From Acidobacteriota bacterium (GTDB lineage: Bacteria; Acidobacteriota; UBA6911; RPQK01; JAJDTT01), in NCBI GenBank assembly GCA_965217775.1, contig CBDCJH010000002.1, positions 4,960,001-5,024,000 of the forward strand: a DNA stretch of 64,000 nt, given 5' to 3'. A program made the translations under genes and the position numbers. The notes below the pieces were generated by a model. It searched no databases. It was not told where the DNA came from and was given only the letters and a program-made list of their open reading frames with translations. Positions 10,833 through 20,508 of the stretch are shown one piece after another. Within the stretch, counting starts at the first letter, position 1. Every line of letters starts with the position of its first letter.

Positions 10833-11825
10833 CTACTGCCCGGGACCCGGCGGCGTCCCGGCCGCGTAGTATCCGGGCCTCGTTCGAACCACCGCCCCTG
10901 GAACCGCCGCCCGAATCGCCACCTCGCGCCAGGAGCCGTCACGGGCTCGATTCGTCGGACGATAGGAGATATAGTATTGATTCTTAAGCTCTTCCGCCAC
11001 ATGCACATAGACGTCGGAGAGACTTCGAAAGGCCTCACTGTCGAGCACCCGGCCACCGGTTCGATCAGCCAGCGTGCGGAGGAATCTCTTCACGCCCAGG
11101 ATGTACTCGTCCGTCATCTGCCTGGGGACGAGCCGGCCTCGGCTCTGGAGTTGGATTCGCATGTTCATGGCGCTTACCCAGTAAGCTTCCACCGTCGAGG
11201 CGATGTAGGTGATGGCCTCGGAGCGGGTCACCAGATCCAGAACCTCCTCGGCGGTGACCATGCTGTGGGTGTCGATGCCGTCGGAGAGAAGAATGATGGC
11301 CTTTCTTCCCGACACGTTTGCCAGGAGGTCGTCGCAGGTCACGTAAAGGGCATCGTTCAGAACGGTCTTTCCTTTGGCATAGATCTTCAGCATCGCATTC
11401 TCGATGCGCTGACGGTCGTTGGTCCAATCGAGAATGAGCTTGGGAACGCTGCTGAAGGTGATGACGGCGATCTGGTCCTCCTCCCCGAGACTGTCCACAA
11501 AGCGGAGAGCCGCCCGCCGGATCTCACCCTGGCTGCCCCGCGTGCTTCCACTCACATCCACCAACAGCACGACGCGCACGGGCAAGGCCTCGCTGTAGAA
11601 GTTCAGGATCTCCTGTCGGACGCCGTCCTCGTAGACGGTAAACTGGTCCCGGGTCAGGTCCCGAAGGAATCCTCCCTGGATTGAGCGCGCGTTCACGGAA
11701 AGGAAGACCTGGTCGACGGCGACACCGATTCGAAAGCCGGTGTCGGTTTCTTCTGCTTCGGCAGGAACGTCATCCTGGATACTGGGCCAGAAGAGACCCC
11801 AGATCAACAACGCCAGATGAACCAC
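10833..11825 (-). CDS. Secreted VWA-domain protein (acidobacterial VWFA-related type)
   Basis: Signal-like N-terminus, LTRDQFTVYEDGVRQEI, MIDAS DVSGS, LSDGID, C-terminal VRTRPGYY; GTG start chosen 6 nt after TATAAT. Confidence 0.8.
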   Translation of the reverse strand: MVHLALLIWGLFWPSIQDDVPAEAEETDTGFRIGVAVDQVFLSVNARSIQGGFLRDLTRDQFTVYEDGVRQEILNFYSEALPVRVVLLVDVSGSTRGSQGEIRRAALRFVDSLGEEDQIAVITFSSVPKLILDWTNDRQRIENAMLKIYAKGKTVLNDALYVTCDDLLANVSGRKAIILLSDGIDTHSMVTAEEVLDLVTRSEAITYIASTVEAYWVSAMNMRIQLQSRGRLVPRQMTDEYILGVKRFLRTLADRTGGRVLDSEAFRSLSDVYVHVAEELKNQYYISYRPTNRARDGSWREVAIRAAVPGAVVRTRPGYYAAGTPPGPGQ

Positions 11826-11862
11826 TTGGCCATTATAGCGGAGGACTCGGTCTTGGATGCGG

Positions 11863-12318
11863 TCAGGGAAGCGGCGACTTCGTCTTTTCCAGGAGACGAA
11901 TCTGTGAGATCGCCATTCCCGAGTCCACTGCCTTGCACATGTCGTAGAGGGTGAGGGCGGTGACGGCAACCGCCGTCAATGCCTCCATCTCCACACCGGT
12001 CGCCCAGCGGCAGCTGACCCGGCTCCGGATCAAGAACCCGGACTCGTCCACGTCCACGTCCACGTCCACGAAATCCAGGTTGATATTGTGGCAGAGCGGA
12101 ATCAGCGCGCTGGTCCGCTTGGCCGCCTCGATCCCGGCCAGACGGGCGACTTCGAATGGGTTTCCCTTGGGAAGACCGGCGTCCAATATCACTTGGCGCG
12201 TCTTCTCCGAAATCAGGACCCGTCCCTCGGCCGCCGCCGTCCTGCGAACCAGGTCTTTGCCGCCGATGTCCACCATGCGCGCTCTTCCCGTCGAATCGAC
12301 ATGGGTCAGCCGCGTCAT
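11863..12318 (-). CDS. moaC: Cyclic pyranopterin monophosphate synthase
   Basis: LTHVD..GRARMVD, LIPLCH, GVEMEAL, LYDMCKAVD; start after AGGAGG. Confidence 0.95.
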   Translation of the reverse strand: MTRLTHVDSTGRARMVDIGGKDLVRRTAAAEGRVLISEKTRQVILDAGLPKGNPFEVARLAGIEAAKRTSALIPLCHNINLDFVDVDVDVDESGFLIRSRVSCRWATGVEMEALTAVAVTALTLYDMCKAVDSGMAISQIRLLEKTKSPLP

Positions 12319-12329
12319 CCCACCTCCTC

Positions 12330-13568
12330 TCATGCCAGTCGGCCTCGACCCGGATCGGCGTCGAGGAGCAGAACCGAGACCCGCGCTCCGGCGGCGATCC
12401 CGGAGACGTGGGAAGGTATGATCAACAGGGAATCCGCTCTGGCGAATCCCGTCAGATCGGCAGACCCGCCCGTCTCGACGGGGGAAACCCGAAGTGTTCC
12501 GCTCCAGTCCGTGCGGGCCGGTTTGAAGAAGGTGCGGCCCGGCTTGTGGGAAACCGCCTTCGTCAACGTCGCCTCGATACGGCGTAGCGAAACGGATTCG
12601 AATCCCATCCATTGGCGAACCAACGGCCTCACAAAGAGCTGAAAAGTGACAAACGCCGAAACCGGATTCCCGGGAAGACCGAAGGCCAGCGTCGACCCCT
12701 TTCGGCCCACGCAGATCGGTTTCCCCGGTTTGACCGCGGCTTTGTGGAAAATCAGTCTGGCTCCTTCTCGTTCCAAGACCCGGTGGACGAAATCATACTC
12801 GCCCATGGAAACGCCGCCGGAGAGCAGGAGGAGGTCGAATTTCAGTCCGGATCGAATGACCTCCGCGATGCGTTCCGGAACGTCCCCCACCGAGACCTCC
12901 GAGACGACCTTCATCCCGAGCCGGCGACAGAGCGCCGAGATCATGGGGCCGTTGGAATTTCGAATCTGCCCGAACCGGGGCCGGGCTTCGACCGGGACCA
13001 ACTCATCTCCCGTGGAAACCACGGCGGCCGAAAGTGGGCGAAAGACCTCCGGCCGAGCCTGGCCGAAGGAGGCGAGGACGCCAATCTCGGCGGGACCGAT
13101 CAATCGTCCCGCTTCCAGGACTACGCTTCCTCTGGTGACTTCTCTGCCCTGTCTCGAGACGTTGGCTCCCGGCGCCACCGTTTTCAGGATCTCCACGGTG
13201 GATCCATCGACCATTCTCGATTCCTCCACCATCTGCACCGCATCGGTGTCGGGGGGGACAGGCGCCCCGGTCATGATCCGTACCGTTTCGCCCGGAGCTA
13301 CGGACGGCAATGAATCTGCTCCGGCCGCCACCTCTCCAACCACGGCCAAGCGCGCCGGGACTGTCCTGACGTCGCCGCTGCGGACGGCAAAACCATCCAT
13401 GAACGATTTGTTGAATGGAGGAACGTCCGCGTCAGCATGGACGGGAGACGCCAGAACCCGATCCAGACACCGCTCCAGCGGAAGCGCAACCGTCACGGGG
13501 GACGGACATTGGGAAAGAATCCGCTCCAAGGCACCTTCATAGGGAAGCAACTCGACCATTTCGCTCAT
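12330..13568 (-). CDS. moeA: Molybdopterin molybdotransferase
   Basis: PPFNKSFMDGFA, RIMTGAP, STGDEL, SGGVSMG, GLPGNPVS. Confidence 0.95.
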   Translation of the reverse strand: MSEMVELLPYEGALERILSQCPSPVTVALPLERCLDRVLASPVHADADVPPFNKSFMDGFAVRSGDVRTVPARLAVVGEVAAGADSLPSVAPGETVRIMTGAPVPPDTDAVQMVEESRMVDGSTVEILKTVAPGANVSRQGREVTRGSVVLEAGRLIGPAEIGVLASFGQARPEVFRPLSAAVVSTGDELVPVEARPRFGQIRNSNGPMISALCRRLGMKVVSEVSVGDVPERIAEVIRSGLKFDLLLLSGGVSMGEYDFVHRVLEREGARLIFHKAAVKPGKPICVGRKGSTLAFGLPGNPVSAFVTFQLFVRPLVRQWMGFESVSLRRIEATLTKAVSHKPGRTFFKPARTDWSGTLRVSPVETGGSADLTGFARADSLLIIPSHVSGIAAGARVSVLLLDADPGRGRLA

Positions 13569-13726
13569 TCCCCCTGTTCGGTTTCGGTACCTGCAAGGCT
13601 GGGAGGATGGGATTGAAGAATCTCATTCCAAGCCCTTGCCGTCACCGGATTCCATCCCGCCGAATTACCTGCAAATATCTGATATGGAATAGGTTGTCGA
13701 TAAAGATGCCGGATCCTCGAAGCTAA

Positions 13727-13884
13727 CAGTCCGTGGTGAAAGTCCCGCGAGCACCGAGACCGTTCCTGCGCCCGCCGGAGAAGGCGCGATTCGGGTGCAT
13801 ACCGGGAGTATGTGCCCGAATCGCAACGCCGTCCGCCGGGATGCAGGGACGGTCGAATGCCGTGATGACTTTTGCCACGGGCTG
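13727..13884. mobile_element. MITE family B, copy 1
   Basis: TIRs CAGTCCGTGGTGAAAGTC / GACTTTTGCCACGGGCTG; perfect CTAA duplication (13723-26, 13885-88); internal hairpin; related copies at 18427 and 47959. Confidence 0.85.
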
Positions 13885-15486
13885 CTAAAGCACCACCTGC
13901 TCCCGATATTCTCCGAACACCTCACCCATGGCAGCAGACATTTCTCCAACCGTCGCGCCCGCCTCGACCCCCTCTATGATAGCGGCCATCAGGTTCTCCC
14001 GTCCCCGGGCCATTTGGGTCAATCTCTCTACGGATCGCTCCCAGCGGTCCCGGTCCCGACGGGCCCGATGCCGCGACAATTCCACGATTTGCCGCTCTCT
14101 CGTCTCGGGATCCACCCTCAGCAACTCAATGTCCACCGGCTCTGCATCTTGAAACCGATTGACCCCCACGACCACCCTTTCTCCCGACTCCAAGGTTCTC
14201 TGGAGACGATGGGCCGAATCCTGGATCTCTCGTTGGATGAACCCGCTCTCGATGGCCGGAACCATCCCTCCCATGGACCGGATACGTTTCAGATAACTCT
14301 CGGATTCCTCCTCCAGGCGGGTCGTGAGCTGCTCCAGGTACCAACTCCCGCCGAGCGGATCCGCCACCTCCGTCAGACCCGATTCGTGGGCCAGGATCTG
14401 TTGGGTCCGGAGCGCCAACTGCGCAGCGGCCTCCGTCGGCAGCGACATCGCCTCGTCCTTCCCGTTGGTGTGCAGCGACTGGGTGCCGCCCAGGACCGCA
14501 GCCAACGCCTGTACCGTGGTTCGGACCACGTTGTTGTCAGGCTGCTGCGCCGTCAACGTACTTCCACCGGTCTGGGTGTGAAAACGCATCATGCAGGACT
14601 TCGGATTCGCGGCGCCCCAGCGTTCCTTGACACAACGGGCCCAGAGCCGGCGCGCCGCCCGGAATTTGGCCACCTCCTCGAAAAGGTCGTTGTGGGCGGC
14701 GAAGAAAAAGGAGAGCCGGGGGGCGAAGTCATCGATCCGGAGGCCCGCCTTCAAGACCGATTCGACATAGGTTTCAGCATTGGCCAGAGTGAAACCGATT
14801 TCCTGAGCCGCCGTAGAGCCGGCCTCCCGGATATGGTAGCCGCTGATGGAAATGGGATTCCATCCGGGAACCGTCCCCTGGCAGAACGTCACCAGGTCGG
14901 TGACCAGCCGGAGGGACGCCTCCACCGGGTAGAGATAGGTGCCGCGCGCAATGTACTCCTTGAGAATGTCGTTCTGGACCGTGCCCCGTACCGCCCCCCA
15001 GGACGTCCCTTGACTGCGTGCCTGAACCAGATAGAGCGCCAGCAGAATCGGCGCCGTTGCATTGATGGTCATGGAGGTGGAGACCCGGCTCAGATCGATA
15101 TCGCGAAACAAGGTCTCCATGTTCCACCGGCCATCGATGGCAACGCCGGCGCGGCCGACCTCTCCCTCCGCCAGGGGATGGTCCGAATCCAAGCCCAGCT
15201 GAGTCGGCAGATCGAACGCCACCGACAGACCGCGGTTGCCCTGAGAGAGGAGATAGCGATATCGCCGATTCGATTCTCGAGCCGTTGCGTACCCCGAATA
15301 CTGGCGGATCGTCCAGAGCCGGTCACGATACATGCCAGGGTAAGCGCCGCGAGTGAAAGGATAGCCGCCCGGTTCCCCCAGATCCGTATTCTCGCCGAAA
15401 TCCGGCACGTCTTCGGGCCCGAAGCATGTCTTCTCGGGCTCGCCGGCCCCGGCCCCGGAACTCAAGCTGGTGGCATCGTTTGTCAC
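13885..15486 (-). CDS. Methylmalonyl-CoA mutase family, substrate-binding (large) subunit, no B12-binding domain
   Basis: [17 protein letters not shown] (Tyr as in MCM), [34 protein letters not shown]. Confidence 0.9.
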   Translation of the reverse strand: MTNDATSLSSGAGAGEPEKTCFGPEDVPDFGENTDLGEPGGYPFTRGAYPGMYRDRLWTIRQYSGYATARESNRRYRYLLSQGNRGLSVAFDLPTQLGLDSDHPLAEGEVGRAGVAIDGRWNMETLFRDIDLSRVSTSMTINATAPILLALYLVQARSQGTSWGAVRGTVQNDILKEYIARGTYLYPVEASLRLVTDLVTFCQGTVPGWNPISISGYHIREAGSTAAQEIGFTLANAETYVESVLKAGLRIDDFAPRLSFFFAAHNDLFEEVAKFRAARRLWARCVKERWGAANPKSCMMRFHTQTGGSTLTAQQPDNNVVRTTVQALAAVLGGTQSLHTNGKDEAMSLPTEAAAQLALRTQQILAHESGLTEVADPLGGSWYLEQLTTRLEEESESYLKRIRSMGGMVPAIESGFIQREIQDSAHRLQRTLESGERVVVGVNRFQDAEPVDIELLRVDPETRERQIVELSRHRARRDRDRWERSVERLTQMARGRENLMAAIIEGVEAGATVGEMSAAMGEVFGEYREQVVL

Positions 15487-15600
15487 TTTACAAGCATCTC
15501 GCGTTTGATATCATGGGCTCAATTCAAGGCTAGAGTTCCGCAAGGCTGCAGCCTTGCTTGATTGCGGATGGATGTTAGCAACGGGAAGGGTGGAACTCAA

Positions 15601-15864
15601 ATGCAAGACGGGCAGCTGAAGGACTACAAGAAGCAACTCGAGTCGGCCATCAACGACGCCCTCGTCAGCTCCCCCCAGATCAACGCCGCCATACAGGGTA
15701 TTCGAGAACACGGATACGACGTCTTCCTCATCATCGAAGCCACCATCGGTTTCAATGCGAGGGGGAGCGGATCGGCGCCGGCCAAGAAACTGTCAGCGGT
15801 GCGGCTGCAGTTGACGGGTCAGGACGAGAAGTTTCTACGTTCGCTGAAGATCAGCCCCGAGTAG
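15601..15864 (+). CDS. Small conserved hypothetical protein
   Basis: Clean ORF with RBS-like GGGTGGA; the [15 protein letters not shown] ... [11 protein letters not shown] pattern resembles a small protein family I associate with Acidobacteriota. Confidence 0.7.
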   Translation: MQDGQLKDYKKQLESAINDALVSSPQINAAIQGIREHGYDVFLIIEATIGFNARGSGSAPAKKLSAVRLQLTGQDEKFLRSLKISPE

Positions 15865-15931
15865 TACGCCCTTCGTGGCCGGGGCCTTTTCGGACGCCTC
15901 CTGCTGCGAAGACTCGGATATAATCCCCACC

Positions 15932-17836
15932 ATGCCCGATCTCTCGGTCGACGTCATTGTCATTGGGGGCGGCCACGCCGGCTGCGAGGCGGCGTTTGCC
16001 GCGGCCCGAATGGGGGCCAATACCGCCCTGGTCACCATAAACCGCGAAATGATTGCCCAGATGTCGTGCAACCCCTCCGTCGGGGGCATCGGCAAAGGTC
16101 ACCTGGTACGGGAGATCGATGCCTTGGGGGGCTTCATCGGCCAAGTGGCGGATTCGAACGGAATCCATTTCCGTCTGCTCAATCGGAGTCGCGGCCCTGC
16201 TGTTCAAGCCCCGCGCGCCCAGTGCGACAAGAAACTCTACCGGCAGGAGATGCAACATCGGCTCCATTGCCAGAAAAACCTCACGGTGGTCCAGGCAGAG
16301 GCCACGGCCCTGTTGCGGAATGGGAACCGAATCTCCGGCATCGAAACCGCTGCCGGAGACCGGGTCGCGGCACCCTGCGTCGTATTGACCACCGGCACCT
16401 TCCTGAACGGGCTCTGCCATCTGGGACAGAAGAAGTTTCGTGCCGGCCGTTCAGGAGAAAAGGCTTCCGTCCAGCTCGCGCGCTCCTTGAAGTCCATCGG
16501 CTTTCGCCTCGGCCGCCTGAAGACGGGAACACCACCGAGGCTTGAAAAGAAAAGCATCGACTTCTCGCGTTTCGAAGTCCAGCCCAGCGAGCCGGATCCC
16601 ACCTTGTTCTCGTTCCAAAGCCACGAGCCGAAACTGCGCCAAGTCGACTGTTGGCTCACACTCACCAACAATCGTGTCCACGATGTGATCCGCAACAACC
16701 TGCATCGCAGCCCCCTCTACAGCGGAGACATCGTGGGCCTCGGACCTCGTTATTGCCCCTCCATCGAGGACAAGGTGGTGAAATTTCCGCACCACGACCG
16801 CCACCAGCTCTTCCTGGAGCCGGAAGGACTCGATTCCGAGCTCATTTACGTAAGCGGCCTCTCCACCAGCCTCCCAGTGGATGTACAGGAAGAGATTCTG
16901 GCCCAGATCGACGGCTTGGAAGAGGCGACCATGATCCGGCCTGGTTATGCCGTCGAGTACGACTACGTCCAACCGTCGGAGTTGCGTCCTTCGCTGGAGA
17001 CCAAGAAGGTCGGGGGATTGTTTCATGCCGGCCAGATCAACGGGACCACGGGCTATGAGGAAGCCGCCGGCCAGGGGATCCTGGCCGGAATCAATGCCGC
17101 CCTCAAGGCCGCCGGGGACGAGCCTTTCGTACCCAGCCGCAGCGAGAGCTACCTGGGAATCCTGGTGGACGACCTAGTCACCAAGGATGTCGACGAACCG
17201 TATCGAATGTTCACGTCTAGAGCCGAATGCCGGCTGTTGCTCAGGATCGACAATGCCGACCGTCGACTCATGCCCCACGGCCACAGGCTGGGACTGGTCT
17301 CATCGAAGCTCTTCGACAGATTCCAGCACAAATGGAAGCGGATCGACGATGCCATCGAATTTTTGCGGAAAACTCGTCTGAAGAAAGCGTCCCCGCTGCT
17401 CGAGGACCTGCGGTTGCAGACCGGCGCTCCCCGCGGGGCCTGCCTGGACCGCCTGCTCAAGCGGCCCGAGGTCGACATTGGCGACATGACCCCCATTTTG
17501 AGGGCCCACGGGCATTTTCTGAACCGGGAGGAGGGGCTGGTCGTTCAGACGCAAATCCGGTACGAAGGCTATATCCGCCTGCAGATGGACGATGTCCGGC
17601 GGCTGAAGAGCATGGAGGGCAGAACCATCCCTACCGGACTCGACTTCGGCCGCGTCAACGGGCTTTCCCTGGAAATGAAGGAGCGTTTGGAGCGGGTTCG
17701 CCCCACCAGCCTGGGTCAGGCGTCTCGAATTCCCGGAATCACTCCTGCCGCACTGTCGATGCTGAGCATTCACCTCGAAGTGAGAAGAAGGTCTCTGGTA
17801 CGGGAGCCTGTCGCACGAACGATATCCCAAGCATGA
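15932..17836 (+). CDS. mnmG: tRNA uridine-5-carboxymethylaminomethyl(34) synthesis enzyme
   Basis: [53 protein letters not shown]. Confidence 0.97.
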   Translation: MPDLSVDVIVIGGGHAGCEAAFAAARMGANTALVTINREMIAQMSCNPSVGGIGKGHLVREIDALGGFIGQVADSNGIHFRLLNRSRGPAVQAPRAQCDKKLYRQEMQHRLHCQKNLTVVQAEATALLRNGNRISGIETAAGDRVAAPCVVLTTGTFLNGLCHLGQKKFRAGRSGEKASVQLARSLKSIGFRLGRLKTGTPPRLEKKSIDFSRFEVQPSEPDPTLFSFQSHEPKLRQVDCWLTLTNNRVHDVIRNNLHRSPLYSGDIVGLGPRYCPSIEDKVVKFPHHDRHQLFLEPEGLDSELIYVSGLSTSLPVDVQEEILAQIDGLEEATMIRPGYAVEYDYVQPSELRPSLETKKVGGLFHAGQINGTTGYEEAAGQGILAGINAALKAAGDEPFVPSRSESYLGILVDDLVTKDVDEPYRMFTSRAECRLLLRIDNADRRLMPHGHRLGLVSSKLFDRFQHKWKRIDDAIEFLRKTRLKKASPLLEDLRLQTGAPRGACLDRLLKRPEVDIGDMTPILRAHGHFLNREEGLVVQTQIRYEGYIRLQMDDVRRLKSMEGRTIPTGLDFGRVNGLSLEMKERLERVRPTSLGQASRIPGITPAALSMLSIHLEVRRRSLVREPVARTISQA

Positions 17837-18426
17837 GCCGCTTCTCCAAATGCGTCTCTTCGCTTGAAACCCGCTTCGGCCTGACCCTCGACCCAGCGCA
17901 ACGGAACGGCGTCCGGACCTATCTACTGCTGCTGGCCAAATGGAACTCGCGCGTGAACCTGACGCGCCTGGTTCGAATGGAAGACAAGTTGCGGTTTCAT
18001 TTCTTCGAGTCGTTCTGGCTGGCACAGCGGTTTCTGGAGCCGAGCCATGCCGTGGTGGACATCGGCAGCGGAGCGGGTTTCCCAGGGCTGGCGATGCAAC
18101 TCTACTACCCCAGCCTCTCCTTGACCCTCACCGAAAAGAGCTTCAAGAAGACCGTCTTTCTGAAGGAAGTGGCCCGAACTCTTTCCCTGCGGCCCCGGAT
18201 CGTTCATGGAGAGGCCGAGACCCACGCCGACTGGGAGGGCGTCCAACTGGCCACGGTCCGAGGCCTCAAGCCGTCACCCAGGCTGGCCGAAACCTTGGAC
18301 CACCGCGGCATCCCGCTGCTGGCGCTTCACGGTGAGAACCTCAGTGAAACCCTGAAGGGGCGACGATACGTTCGCCGGGAACGGGTTCCAGGCTCGCGGC
18401 GCCGTTTTGCGACGCTATTCGGCTAA
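17833..18426 (+). CDS. rsmG: 16S rRNA m7G527 methyltransferase
   Basis: [24 protein letters not shown]; ATGA overlap with mnmG. Confidence 0.9.
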   Translation: MSRFSKCVSSLETRFGLTLDPAQRNGVRTYLLLLAKWNSRVNLTRLVRMEDKLRFHFFESFWLAQRFLEPSHAVVDIGSGAGFPGLAMQLYYPSLSLTLTEKSFKKTVFLKEVARTLSLRPRIVHGEAETHADWEGVQLATVRGLKPSPRLAETLDHRGIPLLALHGENLSETLKGRRYVRRERVPGSRRRFATLFG

Positions 18427-18585
18427 CAGTCCGTGGTGAAAGTCCCGCGAGCACCGAGACCGTTCCTGCGCCCGCCGGACAAGGCGCGCTGAGGGAGCAT
18501 ACTCGACCGTATGTGACCGAGGCGCAACGCAGTTCGCCGGGATGCAGGGACGGTCAAATGCCGTGGCGACTTTTACCACGGGCTG
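18427..18585. mobile_element. MITE family B, copy 2 (ERIC-like core)
   Basis: Same TIRs as the 13727 copy; flanks CTAA/GTAA; core AAGGCG..GGAGCATAC..GTATGTGACC..CAACGCAG. Confidence 0.85.
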
Positions 18586-18611
18586 GTAAGACCCGCCGGA
18601 ACAGGCTCGCA

Positions 18612-18627
18612 TGTTTCACGTGAAACA
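18612..18627. promoter_or_regulatory. parS: parS centromere-like site
   Basis: Perfect 16-bp palindrome TGTTTCACGTGAAACA ~150 bp upstream of parA. Confidence 0.92.
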
Positions 18628-18775
18628 AATCCAACCTGGTTCAGCGAGCAAGTCAGGCCACTGCGCCGATTATTGGTCGGCGCGCCGTGTATCCGTCGAA
18701 ACGGGATGTCCGAGTGGCGCGCTTTCCGGATCTTTCACCGCCTGCTGTTAATATGCCGGCACCCGGAACCGCAAA

Positions 18776-19582
18776 ATGACAAGAACCATCGCCATTGCCA
18801 ACCAGAAAGGTGGTGTCGGCAAGACCACGACCGCTATCAACTTGGCGGCCTCACTGGCTTCCGCCGCGTGGCGCGTCCTCCTGGTTGACCTGGACCCCCA
18901 AGGAAACGCCACGTCGGGATTGGGAATCGACAAAAACGAAGACGCTCTCTTCATCTACGACATCCTCACGGGCGGCGCCGAGCCTCTCTCAGCCTTGAGG
19001 CGGACAGAGATGGAGAATCTGCATCTCCTCCCTGCCAATCGCGCTCTCGTCGGCGCCACAGTGGAGCTGCTCGACGCATCGGACCGTGAACGGCTTGTCG
19101 CCCGGGCTCTGAACCGAATTCGTTGCAACTACGACTACATCCTGATCGACTGCCCGCCGTCGCTGGGCATTCTCACTCTCAACGGCTTGGTGGCCGCCGA
19201 CTCGGTCCTCATTCCCATCCAGGCAGAATATTTTGCCCTCGAAGGGTTGTCGGACCTGATGGAGACGATTCGCCGCATCCGGGAAGGGTACAACCCCGGT
19301 CTGGAACTGGAAGGAGTCCTCCTCACCATGTACGACGAGCGCCTCATTCTCTCCTCCCAGATTCGGGCTGACGTCTGTTCTCACCTCGGCCCCCAGGTCT
19401 TCGACACCTTTATTCCCCGCAACGTCCGGCTGGCCGAATGCGCCAGCTTTGGACAACCCATTCTTCTGTATGACGCCCGCTGTAAAGGAGCCAACAGCTA
19501 CCGGAGCCTGGCCCGGGAATTGGTTGGCCGGCGCCAGCCGGGACTGGATCAGGACTCGACATCCCGTGAGGTGAACGGATGA
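18776..19582 (+). CDS. parA: Chromosome partitioning ATPase ParA/Soj
   Basis: NQKGGVGKTT, DLDPQGNAT, IDCPPSLG, IPRNVRLAE. Confidence 0.95.
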   Translation: MTRTIAIANQKGGVGKTTTAINLAASLASAAWRVLLVDLDPQGNATSGLGIDKNEDALFIYDILTGGAEPLSALRRTEMENLHLLPANRALVGATVELLDASDRERLVARALNRIRCNYDYILIDCPPSLGILTLNGLVAADSVLIPIQAEYFALEGLSDLMETIRRIREGYNPGLELEGVLLTMYDERLILSSQIRADVCSHLGPQVFDTFIPRNVRLAECASFGQPILLYDARCKGANSYRSLARELVGRRQPGLDQDSTSREVNG

Positions 19583-20403
19583 AGCGAAGAGTTCTCGGAC
19601 GGGGCTTGGCCGCACTACTGCCCAGGCCCGAAACCGACTCCTTTTTCCTTCAGGTCGAATTGGATCGGATCCGGCCGAATCCTTTTCAGCCCAGAATCCG
19701 CATGGACAGCGCCAGACTGCAGGAGCTCGCCGACTCGATCACCGAAAACGGCATCCTCCAACCCATCGTGGTCCGGTCCCGTCCTGAGGGCTACGAGATT
19801 GTCGCCGGCGAACGCCGCTGGAAGGCGGCTCAACAGGCCGGTCTTTCCCGGATTCCTGCTGTCGTTCAGGACCTATCCGACGAAAAAATGGTGGAAGTCG
19901 CCGTTGTCGAGAACATCCAGCGCGACGAATTGAGCCCGATCGAGGAAGCTCACGCGTACCATATCCTGACCCAGGATTTTCGACTCACCCAGGAACAGGT
20001 GTCTCAACGCGTCGGCCGCAGCCGGTCAGCCGTCGCCAACACGCTTCGCCTGCTGCGTCTACCCAAAGCTGTGCAGGAATCCCTTCTGGACGGCAAGATC
20101 AGCATGGGACACGCCCGGGCTCTGATTCCCCTGACTCAAGCACAGCAATTGAAGTTGGCCCGCAAGATTGTGTCGGAGGACCTCTCGGTGCGGCAGGTGG
20201 AGCGCCGCGTTCAGGCGCTGCGCCGCGACCCACCCTCGCGCCCAGCTTCACTTGACCCCAACGTCAAGGCCGCGCAACGGCGGCTGCAGCGACGCTGGAA
20301 GACGAGAGTTCAGATCCGGACCCGGGGCTCAAAGGGCCAGATCGTATTCCACTTCAATTCCAGCGACGAATTGGACCGCCTGTACGAGAACCTCATGACG
20401 TAG
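19579..20403 (+). CDS. parB: Chromosome partitioning protein ParB/Spo0J
   Basis: LGRGLAALL, NPFQPR, AGERRW, ENIQR, RSRSAVANTLRLL. Confidence 0.96.
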   Translation: MKRRVLGRGLAALLPRPETDSFFLQVELDRIRPNPFQPRIRMDSARLQELADSITENGILQPIVVRSRPEGYEIVAGERRWKAAQQAGLSRIPAVVQDLSDEKMVEVAVVENIQRDELSPIEEAHAYHILTQDFRLTQEQVSQRVGRSRSAVANTLRLLRLPKAVQESLLDGKISMGHARALIPLTQAQQLKLARKIVSEDLSVRQVERRVQALRRDPPSRPASLDPNVKAAQRRLQRRWKTRVQIRTRGSKGQIVFHFNSSDELDRLYENLMT

Positions 20404-20482
20404 GGGGCGACCCTTGTGTGGTCGCCCTCCCCGGACCGAACAGTGAGGGACCACAGCGGGCACCCGCAACGGGTGCCCCGAT
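20400..20482. repeat. GTAG-type REP doublet (REPIN-like) between convergent parB and mnmE
   Basis: GTAGGGGGCGACC-CTTGTGT-GGTCGCCC followed by an oppositely oriented degenerate unit GGGCACCCG-CAA-CGGGTGCCCCGAT. Confidence 0.6.
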
Positions 20483-20508
20483 GTCGCTTCGGCTTCCCTG
20501 TTCTCCCG

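Noticed and set aside
13569-13722. Possible Moco riboswitch or IS-end remnant upstream of moeA
   Set aside because: AT-rich, but no recognisable conserved structure or matching repeat; an Rfam scan would be needed
13885-15486. Mutase as isobutyryl-CoA or 2-hydroxyisobutyryl-CoA mutase
   Set aside because: The specificity position reads RQY (Tyr), not Phe or Ile; a split MCM-family subunit is the simpler call
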